A DNA stretch of 63,201 nucleotides, filler included, from Aduncisulcus paluster (taxonomy: Eukaryota): NCBI GenBank assembly GCA_024181965.1. It is 6 parts of 6 records of this genome, joined end to end, with 100 filler letters (N's around TTAATTAATTAA, not from the genome) between each part and the next. Parts side by side here need not be neighbours in the genome. Positions count along the whole stretch, not along the records: positions 32,180 to 51,221 come from BQXS01009700.1; 5 more parts are not named here. One strand, 5' to 3'. The notes under the pieces are model-generated. The model was not told where the DNA came from and ran no database searches. It saw nothing but the letters and a program-made list of their open reading frames with translations. Made by a program: the position numbers and the translations under genes. Each line of letters starts with the position of its first letter. Within the stretch, counting starts at the first letter, position 1. Of the stretch, positions 38,967-48,093 are shown in pieces.

Positions 38967-40889
38967 CTATAAATCAAGAATAGTGATGATATCTCCGTCG
39001 GTGACCGCAATTTGACTTTTGGAGATGATTTCAATTCTTGTTATTGGTTGAGCTAACTTGCAGATTTCATTTGATTCTGAATATAAATATCCAGATGATG
39101 TTCCAAATAATATTTTCCCTGAGCTATCCGTGGTACATGAAAAGACATCCTTTGAACAAATAATATTACATGATTTGAGTGAAGAACTATCATAAGAATA
39201 AATCCCTGTTCTTCCAAATGCATATATTATTCCCTTGTCAATGTACATTCCCCTTACAGGGTGTTCAAGCTTCCTCTTTGTCAAAATATTTCCAGAAGAG
39301 ATAGAATGCCGGATTAAGAGTCCTCCAACGCTCAAACTAATCAATATTCCATCTCGAATAAATATTCCACAAATCCTTGAATGATGTCCTCGCAATGTTC
39401 TGATGGGTTTTGCAGCTGAAATGGTGTCAAACACATATATAACACTTTCATCAGCTCGACCGATGGAACCCACAGTTGCAATAAAAGGAGACTCTTGGGC
39501 AATCTGCATTACATCAGTAAAATGCCCTCCAAGGCTTGCAAAATCAGCCCAAACACTATCATATAATTCACTTTCTTTTTCAATATCAGTAGATTTAATC
39601 TTCCCTTCAAATGCAGGAACAGAGGAGAGACGAAGAGGTTCAGATCTTGAATATACAGGAAGTTTCTCAACATTTGGAATTTTAATATCCATTCCAAGAT
39701 GTTTCAATGTTGCCACAAAAGATTGAGTTGGTTGCAAAACCCTGGCACAAGTTTCTTCTGTTCCGACAATGAGTTTCCAATCCTCACAAAAGGACAAACA
39801 TAATATTGGAAGACCATGTTTCATGATTCTCGACCTTTCACGACCCTTATACCACAATCTAACAGTATGGTCTTCTCCACAACTGGCAATGATCCCATCT
39901 TTGACACAGATATCATATATTGTGTCATGATGACCTGTAGAGATGCTTGGAAGTTCAACCACATCATTAGATTCATCGTTAAATAAATACACACAGACAA
40001 GACCATCAGTACGAACAGAAACTGCCCGATTATTTGTAATACCTATCGAGAGACACTCACTTCCTTGCTCGGGCGGACTTCCAAAACTCGACAAAAATTC
40101 TCCAACCTCGGAGAGGACACAAATTCTATCCCCAGCAACGAATAATTTTCTTGATTTATAACAAGGAAAAATACAATGAAGCCTCCCATTATGTAATAAA
40201 ATTGTTGAAATTGGCTTTAGAGAATTTCCATCTAGCTGTAAAATTCGAATTGAACCATCTAAACTAGCAGTAAAAATCTTCCCGTTTAGAGAAACGATTG
40301 CAGATATCCAATTTGAATGTAACATGTGGATACTTTGTGAAATAAGTCCCTTTTCCTCATTGAGAATCATTGCAGTCCCATTACTCATACCTACTATAAG
40401 ACTACTATCATTGATGTTATATAGACAAGTTGGAGAGTGTCGGGGAAAAGAATATGTAAATACCAATCTCGGGGAAAGAGAAGATACTTCTGTATCTAAA
40501 TTAAAGTATGAAACATCATTATACCCTGCAATTGATATCAATATTGAATTATTTGATGATTTTGAAACACACGAAGAAACAATAATTCCTTTTTTATACA
40601 AAGGTAGAGAGGTAAGAACTTTAAGGCTGAGATCAAGAACAAATAGATATCCTTTTGTTGTAAAACCAAAAATATGATCATCAACAACTTCAATACTTCT
40701 AATTAGTTCCCCAATACACGTGGCATTTGACACGCACCCCTCAATGAATGAATATTCAGCTATGTATGATCTATAAAAAAATATTACAGTATTATCAAGG
40801 ACTATGATACTATTTTTTGATGCTTGGGGTTTAACAATCCACCATCTCCTTCCTTCCATGATCAAGAAATGGAAGTATTGGATGACCAT
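38967..40889 (-). CDS. ELP2: WD40-repeat protein, divergent Elongator subunit ELP2-like
   Basis: Multiple WD40 repeats. TGH..IASCGEDHTVRLW..ERSRIMKHG..GTEE..ARV..SFVATL follows ELP2's conserved central block. The start may be 40859. Confidence 0.65.
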   Translation of the reverse strand: MVIQYFHFLIMEGRRWWIVKPQASKNSIIVLDNTVIFFYRSYIAEYSFIEGCVSNATCIGELIRSIEVVDDHIFGFTTKGYLFVLDLSLKVLTSLPLYKKGIIVSSCVSKSSNNSILISIAGYNDVSYFNLDTEVSSLSPRLVFTYSFPRHSPTCLYNINDSSLIVGMSNGTAMILNEEKGLISQSIHMLHSNWISAIVSLNGKIFTASLDGSIRILQLDGNSLKPISTILLHNGRLHCIFPCYKSRKLFVAGDRICVLSEVGEFLSSFGSPPEQGSECLSIGITNNRAVSVRTDGLVCVYLFNDESNDVVELPSISTGHHDTIYDICVKDGIIASCGEDHTVRLWYKGRERSRIMKHGLPILCLSFCEDWKLIVGTEETCARVLQPTQSFVATLKHLGMDIKIPNVEKLPVYSRSEPLRLSSVPAFEGKIKSTDIEKESELYDSVWADFASLGGHFTDVMQIAQESPFIATVGSIGRADESVIYVFDTISAAKPIRTLRGHHSRICGIFIRDGILISLSVGGLLIRHSISSGNILTKRKLEHPVRGMYIDKGIIYAFGRTGIYSYDSSSLKSCNIICSKDVFSCTTDSSGKILFGTSSGYLYSESNEICKLAQPITRIEIISKSQIAVTDGDIITILDL

Positions 40890-41070
40890 AAATGACTAAA
40901 AATAGAACATTAAAAATAGTATTTATAAAATAATTTAATTTATATAAAAATAGTATTTCTATAAAATAATTTAATAAAACAATTATTCGATATCTAAATT
41001 TAGATAATTTTTTTATCCTATTTTCTCAACACATCTCTACCAATGCAAAAATAGCGTAAATAGTTTTTCT

Positions 41071-41760
41071 TTATTTTTTCTTCTTCTTAACCAACATTTC
41101 TTCAACCCTTCGTTTCAACCATCTCACTTGAGAAGGTTTTAGTGCATCTAATTGCATACGAATTTTTCCATGGCTCTTTTCCAAAGGAATGTCCCGAAAT
41201 CTACAATATATACAAACTATCTTTGCCAGATTTTCTTTTGAGAGAAGAGAAATTTGATAAGCAAGAACTCCAAATTCAGCTTCGGACAAAGGCACAACTA
41301 GACTTGGATCAGCTTTTTTAAATTCTCCTTTTAATATCTTTTCGTGGTTTTCAACCGTTAAACCCAAATCTAATTGATAAAGCATATCGTCAAATTCATT
41401 TCTTACTTCTAAGGCAAACTTAAAGAAATCATGATCTTTTCCATTGAATCTCATGCAGTTTGTCCAAATCAAATCAGCTGCCTCAAGGAATTCATATAAT
41501 AATTTGTATTCACCCGATTTAAGATTCTTTTTCAGAGTGCTTAAATCCATAGGGTATTTAACAATTGTTAGATAATGGGGAAGCTTTAACTTAAGATAAT
41601 CAACTGGTTGAGAAAATACTGAGCCATGTTTTTTACGTTTTGTTGCTTCTATAACTTTTATAAGGCGAGCGCGGATAGGTTCAGACAATTCCAAATTGGC
41701 TATTTCATCAACTTGGATTGTAGGAGATATTTTAACAACTTTTTGGGAATCGGCACACAT
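41071..41760 (-). CDS. Bromodomain protein with C-terminal ET-like domain (BET/GTE-like)
   Basis: VFSQPVD..LPHY..IVKYPMDLSTL..LIWTNCMRFN; C-terminal PLSEAEF..LAYQISLL..LDAL pattern. Confidence 0.88.
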   Translation of the reverse strand: MCADSQKVVKISPTIQVDEIANLELSEPIRARLIKVIEATKRKKHGSVFSQPVDYLKLKLPHYLTIVKYPMDLSTLKKNLKSGEYKLLYEFLEAADLIWTNCMRFNGKDHDFFKFALEVRNEFDDMLYQLDLGLTVENHEKILKGEFKKADPSLVVPLSEAEFGVLAYQISLLSKENLAKIVCIYCRFRDIPLEKSHGKIRMQLDALKPSQVRWLKRRVEEMLVKKKKK

Positions 41761-42150
41761 TTTTATCGATAAAATACAAATTATCTACTTTTCAAATTGT
41801 GATTTGAGCCCAAACTCACAACTTGAAAAGTGGAGTGAACAAAATCTTACATCACCCCAGATTCCCACTGGAATTTAATTAGTTCAATCGTAAAATAATT
41901 GATATCATATTATTCCTCTGATTTCTTACTTCATTGATTTCTGGCTTTATGTGATCTGGCCATGATTCTTGTGTCTGTCAACGCATGTCCAGGTGAACTC
42001 CTTTCACAATTACAATACACTCAAAAATTAAAATATATTACTGGAAGATTTTTTGTGAAGAAGGAGGAAGGTTGATGTTTGTCATCATTTCATGAATTTT
42101 GTATTTTTTCGGTTGGTTCGTTGTCTTTTTCTTTTCGTTCATAGATAAAT

Positions 42151-43742
42151 ATGGTTGAATTTGAGTATGATTTAGCCATCATTGGGGGTATGTTGTAATA
42201 TTGTTGTTTTTTCCCTCCTTTTTTATGTTTTTTCTTCTAATATTCTTTGGTTTAGGTGGTTCTGGAGGTCTTGCTGCTGCCAGTAAAGCGGCTAGTTATG
42301 GCGCAAAAGTTCTTATTTTTGATTATGTTGATCCTACTCCTCGTGGAATTACATGGGGTGTTGGAGGAACATGTGTTAATGTTGGGTGTGTTCCCAAGAA
42401 ACTTTTTCATCGTGCAGCCGTCATGAAACATGATATGGAGGCTTCAGCTGAAGCTTATGGACTTGGTGTTCACGAGCCAACTCTCGATTGGCCTACTCTC
42501 CAAGGAAATGTAACCATGCATATTCGTTCTGTCAATTTTGGATACAGAATGAAATTCACCCGTGAGTCAATTACCTACAAAAATGAAAGGGCCAAATTCA
42601 TCGATGCTCACACATTGGAGGGAACTGATAGAGAGGGAAACAAGGCCACATACACTGCCGACAAAGTCCTTGTTGCTGTGGGTTGTAGACCAAAATATTC
42701 CGGTGTTCCTGGGGAAAAGGAATTATGTATCACTTCTGATGATCTTTTTAAAATCACTGAAGCTCCTGGAACGGTTCTTGTTGTTGGTGCTTCTTACGTT
42801 GCTCTTGAGTGTGCTGGTTTCCTCAAAGAACTTGGATTCCCTGTTACTGTAATGATTCGTTCCATTCCTCTCCGTGGATTTGACAGAGAATTTGCTGAAG
42901 CCGTTGTTACTGATCTTGAGAAACGTGGAATTCTCTTCATCCGTGGTATGACCCCCAAAAGTTATGAAAAGGTTACTTCTGACAAAGAAGAAGAGCCGAA
43001 AGAACAAGTTAAGGTTCATTTTGGTCCTTCTGCCTCCTCTGAGCCTGATGCTGAAGGAGTCTTCGATAATGTTCTTGTCGCCATTGGTCGTACTCCCCTT
43101 ACCTCTTCAATTGGTTTGGATAAGGTCGGAGTCACTGTTCATGAGAGATCCAAGAAGATTCTTACCGACGATTATGAGAAGACATGTGTTGACAATATTT
43201 ATGCCATTGGTGATTGTCGCCACGGTGTTCTTGAACTCACTCCTGTTGCCATTAGAGCTGGTCATGTTGTTTCTGAGAATCTCTTTTCCCGCATTCCAAT
43301 GGGAAAGGAGTTGTTGAAAGTTGATTACAAAGACATCAGTACGACAGTCTTCACTCCTCTCGAATATTCCTCCGTTGGTCTTTCTGAAGAGGCAGCCATT
43401 GCCAAGTATGGAGAAGATAAAGTTGAGGTCTTCAGAACTCAGTTCACTCCTCTAGAACACACTGTTCCTCATCTTGACGAGGTTTCCACCGTTAAGATCG
43501 TTGTTATGCGTACCGACGAATCTATTCCCTTTGAAAAATCCAAGATTGTTGGGTTGCATTATTCTGGGATTAACGCTGGTGAAATCATGCAAGGTTATGG
43601 TGTGAGTATTCGCAGAGGAATCACAAAGGACCAACTCGATGAAACCATTGGTATCCATCCCACAACTGCTGAGGGTCTCTTGGATGCTACAATGGCTGGA
43701 AGAGTGGGCGGTTCCTTCTCCAAGACTTCTTGCTGAGGTTAA
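42151..43742 (+). CDS. TXNRD: High-molecular-weight thioredoxin reductase, selenoprotein (C-terminal Ser-Cys-Sec-Gly); exons 42151-42187 and 42256-43742
   Basis: Splicing restores YDLAIIGGGSGG; CVNVGC redox centre, GASYVALEC, GIHPTTAE; ends TGC TGA GGT TAA. Confidence 0.92.
42188..42255 (+). other. Spliceosomal intron (68 nt, phase 1)
   Basis: GTATGT...TTCTAAT...TTAG inside the FAD-binding GxGxxG motif. Confidence 0.92.
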
Positions 43743-43773
43743 GGGGGCTAATTTAGAAATTAGCTCCCTAATC
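43737..43773 (+). promoter_or_regulatory. UGA-adjacent stem-loop, candidate Sec recoding element
   Basis: GGGGGCUAAUU-UAGA-AAUUAGCUCCC (11 bp, one G-U), extendable by GGUUA/UAAUC with one bulged A; starts right after the in-frame UGA. Confidence 0.55.
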
Positions 43774-43916
43774 CATCGTTGTAATTTTTTTTCATATCTT
43801 TATGTATGAATTATTTATTACTCTATTTAATTCAAGGATGTTTGAACCTTCCAATTTCAGATAATCTGTGAAAAATGAAAATAGAACCCTTGTGGATATT
43901 TTTATTTGAGATTTTC

Positions 43917-44175
43917 TGAGGTTTTTAGCACCGAACATTCATTCTACGATGTCCAATAAACTAGAACATGTTTTTATAACGCTGGACGAAGTCTTGTTCT
44001 AGTTTATTGCAGCCGTGTGCCATTTGGGACAGGAAACGAATAAATCGCATATACTCTTCCCCTCGAAAAGAAGATACTGTCCAAAACAACACTGCTGTTC
44101 ATAGATTGGCCTCAACATTATCGAGGATAATGGAAGGACGAAAAGTTCTATCTTCAAGATAAAACAAAAACCTCA
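43917..44175 (-). ncRNA. Unidentified multi-helix structured RNA candidate (~260 nt)
   Basis: 10-bp closing stem, a perfect 15-bp stem and at least five more helices; G-U pairs work on the minus strand; no ORF. Confidence 0.5.
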
Positions 44176-44258
44176 AATTTAAGGGAAAAGATTCTCCACG
44201 AATTTTTTTTTTTTAAAATTTTTTTTATTTTGCTCCAAATAAATGCCATTTATAATTT

Positions 44259-45419
44259 ATGGCCAGTGGTCAGTGGCCTGGCAGGCGTTTATACATGATA
44301 TTTGCCGCACACTATTCATTCATGACGAACAAAAATGACAGTATTCGTCCAGAATTCATTCATAACCCCCTTGTTTACCGGCTTAATATTAATAGCTCAC
44401 CTTCTATCTTGAAGAAACATGCAAGTGTCTCCCAGATGGAATTACTTGATCGACTTTTTTCTGCTCAACCAAATAATGCTCTTCGTATGATGTATACAAT
44501 TGCTATTATGGGATTCTTCATCCTTTTACACACTTGTTTGTCGCACCCTCAAATATTTCCCTATCTCGGGGTGTTTGCATGGATAATCGCTATGATTTCC
44601 AGATTATTTGATTATTGGTCTCGAAATGAAGAGTTATATCTCATTGATTTTTGTTATTTCGTGGATATACTATCTTTTTGTGCTGCTTTCTTCTTCTCTG
44701 ATGCAACCCTCAGCGAAATTTGTGATAATTCCAGTTTTAGATCCATTCCATATGCTTTAGAGTTAATTAAAGTTATTTTTGCATGTGCAGCAGGACCTGT
44801 CACAGTTGCTATTGTATTCTGGAAGAATGCGCTTGTATTTCACTCTCCTCAACGTATTGTAAGTATTTTGATTCATTGTCTTCCATTTTTAATGGTCGGT
44901 CGGATGTCTATTAATGTTGGAAATATTGAAAGGGCTGAGGAAGTTTCACATATTTCTAATATTGTTTTGAATTATAAAATCATGATTCCTGGCGTTGCAA
45001 TTGTGTATATATGTTGGCAATTGCTTTACATGTTCTTAATTTTCGGTATTTTTCACTTCTATCGCAAGAAGCACCCGTACGTTCATTGTTCACTCGGCGA
45101 TCTATGTTCTAAGTTCGCTGATCCAAAAAGCTCAATATGGCTCCTTCGTGCTATTGCACGTCATAATCCCGTCGGTGCGTTTTCTTGTCTCGCTATGCTC
45201 ATTGTTCAGGGAGGCTATACTATCTTGACTTCCCTTCTTACCCCAATACTCTGGGAATTCCCTTCCTTGTTTATTGCAGTTGAAATATTTGCTGCTGCTT
45301 ATTTTTTGTGGAATGGTGCTAAGGATTATTATCAAGATTCAACCGGTTTTTTGGTTCAGGAAGCTAGAGAATATCTTGTCTCCAATGAGGTGTCTCAATC
45401 AAAAGAAATTGAACAATAA
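44259..45419 (+). CDS. GPC1: Glycerophosphocholine acyltransferase Gpc1 (DUF2838) family membrane protein
   Basis: YLIDFCYFV, GP..AIVFWKNALVFHS..SILIH..P, WQLLY and WNGA motifs; multiple TM segments. Confidence 0.85.
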   Translation: MASGQWPGRRLYMIFAAHYSFMTNKNDSIRPEFIHNPLVYRLNINSSPSILKKHASVSQMELLDRLFSAQPNNALRMMYTIAIMGFFILLHTCLSHPQIFPYLGVFAWIIAMISRLFDYWSRNEELYLIDFCYFVDILSFCAAFFFSDATLSEICDNSSFRSIPYALELIKVIFACAAGPVTVAIVFWKNALVFHSPQRIVSILIHCLPFLMVGRMSINVGNIERAEEVSHISNIVLNYKIMIPGVAIVYICWQLLYMFLIFGIFHFYRKKHPYVHCSLGDLCSKFADPKSSIWLLRAIARHNPVGAFSCLAMLIVQGGYTILTSLLTPILWEFPSLFIAVEIFAAAYFLWNGAKDYYQDSTGFLVQEAREYLVSNEVSQSKEIEQ

Positions 45420-45749
45420 TTGGTCAAAATTGATACAACGATAATGATGAATTCATTCTACGAATAAATAAACCTTTATCTCAACGTGAACTTCATCAAT
45501 ACAGAAACGATTTTCTCATGATCCTTCGAGCATATTATCACAAAAATGAATACATTTTTGATTAAGAAATAATCTTTACAATAAATTTAATCAAAACAAA
45601 TACACAAATTAGTCTGAGATCTGGAGATCAGAAAGGATTTCCTGTTTTACTTTTTTGGACCATTTCCGAAAATTTATTTTAAATATCTATTTGCATTTCA
45701 TTGATTATATTGGGTTTATTTTACTTTTCTTGAAGTGTATCCGAATTTC

Positions 45750-47696
45750 ATGGTCGCAATAGCCTCATATATAATTGGTTCCCCTGGAGCTGGGACCACG
45801 AGTTTTTTTAATAAGGTCATGTCAGATAAGACAATGAAAAATGTTGTAAAAATTGATGAATCATCTTTTTCTGCTGATGTAAAAGGAAAAGAGTTTTCAA
45901 TGGTTGATATGTCAAATTCTCACCAACCATTATTATCTGCTGCGTCAGTTGATCGTTGGCTTTCAACTGTTGATTCTCAAATTCCAATTATTATTATATT
46001 ATGCTATGATATTACGAAATTGGCTTCTTGGGAAAGAATAGTACCCATTCTCTCTTTTTTATCGGAAAATCAGAAGAAATCGAATGAATACTTTCGAGAC
46101 CCATCGATACATCTTTCTCATCCGCCAATATGTCGTATTTATGTTGTAGGAACTCATTTTGACTTACAGAAACAACGATCTGTGTCAACCGATCTTGTCA
46201 AGGATGAATGTGTTGAAAAAGATGTTTCATTTATGGAAATATCAAGTGTTTCAGGGCAAAATATTGAGTTATTTGTGACTTTGTTCATGATTAAGACCAA
46301 AGGAATTGTCCGTGGCCTTGAGAAGTTGGCACAAAGCAGCCAAAAACAGAAAGATGATGATGAAAAAAGGAAAGAGGAAGAAAAAAGAGAAGAGGAGAAG
46401 AGGAGAGAAGAAGAGAAGAGGAGAGAAGAAGAGAAGAGGAGAGAAGATGAAAGGAGAAGAGAAGAGGAGAAGAGAAGAGAAGATGAAAGGAGAAGAGAAG
46501 AGGAGAAGAGAAGAGAAGATGAAAGGAGAAGAGAAGAGGAGAAGAGAAGAGAAGATGAAAGGAGAGAAGATGAAAGAAGAAGAGAAGAATATGAAGAGAG
46601 AAGAAAAGAGGAGGAGGAGGAGGGAAGATTTAGATTTGATGAAAGAAGAAGAGAGGAAGAAGAAAGGAGGAGAGAAGATGAAAGGAGAAGAGAGGAAGAA
46701 GAAAGAAGGAGAGAAGATGAAAGAAGAAGAGAAGAAGAAGAAAGAAAAAGGAAAGAGAAAAGAAGGAAAGAGGAGAAACGGAGAGCAGCAAAACAAAAAG
46801 AACGAATTGCTGAATTGTCTGATGCCGATGAACGTCTAAAACGTCTAGAAAAGAGATTATCACAAAGAAAGTCTTCCCCAAAACAACCCTTCATTGATTC
46901 TTCCCTCTTTGGAGAAGCCCGACCACCCATGAAAACCTCGCCTTCTCTCTTCGATGTTGACCCTCAAATCGGCACATCAGGCGACCCTACCCTGGATAGA
47001 GAAGCCATTGGGCAATATGATCCATCAATCAATCTTTTAGGCGAAGGAAGTGAATTGCATCATGGCTCGCTTTCTTCCCTCACAACTCATGTGGGTGGAA
47101 CCTCTGCAATGAAGCGTCCCATTTATTTGTCGCCGCAACCAAAGCCTACCGCCGCCCCCACTCACCGTATTCCTCCTCCCCTCTCTTCTGCTTCCTTCTC
47201 TCCTCTTCCCCCGTTAACCATCTCAATCGATCTCCCAAACGGATATACGCATGAGATTGTTGTCCATTACACTGACAATTCATATGATCATGCGATTGAG
47301 GTGTGTGATCAATGTGGCCTAAATCGTGATGAATATGCTGAAGTTCTGGCTCTTCACATCCAAGAACGGTTGTCAGAGCATGTTTCTTTGGAGATGGATC
47401 GAAGGAAGAAGTTAAAGGAGAGACACATAAAGCAATCAACTGCTTTCGCACCCGGAGTCGCTTGTAGGAAGCTATCAAAGAGTGGAAGGCGAAGAGAAAA
47501 AAAAGTGGTTCTGAGTGTTCCCGTCGATGTTGGGGAAAAGAAGTTTTATTTATTTGTCAGAGAAGGAGATGACCCTAACGATGTGGTAGATGGGTTTTGT
47601 AGGGTGTTTAAGCTGAAAGAGGACCAACGAATTCAGTTAATAACCTATGTTCAAAGAGAACTGACTAAAATGAAAATTCGAGGGAAAATATCATGA
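45750..47696 (+). CDS. Degenerate Rab-like small GTPase domain + ER/K single alpha-helix + two C-terminal ~60-aa repeats
   Basis: GSPGAGTT, ILCYDIT..SW, VVGTHFDL..R.VS, FMEISS..GQNIE.F; (EEKRR)n tract. ATG at 45750. Confidence 0.8.
   Translation: MVAIASYIIGSPGAGTTSFFNKVMSDKTMKNVVKIDESSFSADVKGKEFSMVDMSNSHQPLLSAASVDRWLSTVDSQIPIIIILCYDITKLASWERIVPILSFLSENQKKSNEYFRDPSIHLSHPPICRIYVVGTHFDLQKQRSVSTDLVKDECVEKDVSFMEISSVSGQNIELFVTLFMIKTKGIVRGLEKLAQSSQKQKDDDEKRKEEEKREEEKRREEEKRREEEKRREDERRREEEKRREDERRREEEKRREDERRREEEKRREDERREDERRREEYEERRKEEEEEGRFRFDERRREEEERRREDERRREEEERRREDERRREEEERKRKEKRRKEEKRRAAKQKERIAELSDADERLKRLEKRLSQRKSSPKQPFIDSSLFGEARPPMKTSPSLFDVDPQIGTSGDPTLDREAIGQYDPSINLLGEGSELHHGSLSSLTTHVGGTSAMKRPIYLSPQPKPTAAPTHRIPPPLSSASFSPLPPLTISIDLPNGYTHEIVVHYTDNSYDHAIEVCDQCGLNRDEYAEVLALHIQERLSEHVSLEMDRRKKLKERHIKQSTAFAPGVACRKLSKSGRRREKKVVLSVPVDVGEKKFYLFVREGDDPNDVVDGFCRVFKLKEDQRIQLITYVQRELTKMKIRGKIS
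46360..46790 (+). repeat. Purine-rich coding tandem repeat (18/36-nt units encoding EEEKRR/EDERRR)
   Basis: Almost pure A/G tract; explains the overlapping spurious ORFs. Confidence 0.85.
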
Positions 47697-48093
47697 TATC
47701 ATATCCTCGAATTAGTATTAGCCCCGAATTTCTACTGAAATTAATATATAAAATAGTAGTTCTCAAATATAATATATTATTGTAATAAATATCGCACTTT
47801 TCATTCTTAATTATTACTGATAATTATCAGCATTTTGGAATCTACCAAGATGTCATTTTTGTTCGTGCATTAGATCCACAAATAATAGCGATTAGTTATC
47901 AGTGATATGATATCACTGATATCATTTGCTTCAAATTCACCGAAAATCTATTCTCAGAAATTTTCTGAGAAAATGAGCAATGATAAGCATCCTTGTACAA
48001 TGATTAAGCTGAACTCCATTCGGAGCAAGCGTCGGCAGGAAATTTTACTTACATTTCGTTTAAACTTTAAACTTTAAAGTTTAACCATCACTT

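Noticed and set aside
40991-41006. Isolated short palindromes (also 1044-1068 and 57910-57929)
   Set aside because: Expected occasionally in AT-rich intergenic DNA; no supporting context.
42201-42255. Hydrophobic 'signal peptide' on the TrxR ORF
   Set aside because: It is translated intron sequence.
43857-43919. Possible eukaryotic SECIS core (AUGAA 43875 ... UGAG 43907, with flanking helix)
   Set aside because: Helix II is only ~7 weak bp instead of 11-12 and the apical AA is missing. Not called, but it remains the best distal candidate and should be scored with SECISearch3.
46154-46930. Overlapping antisense and alternative-frame ORFs (Ser/Leu/Phe-rich, Lys/Arg-rich)
   Set aside because: By-products of the stop-poor purine repeat.
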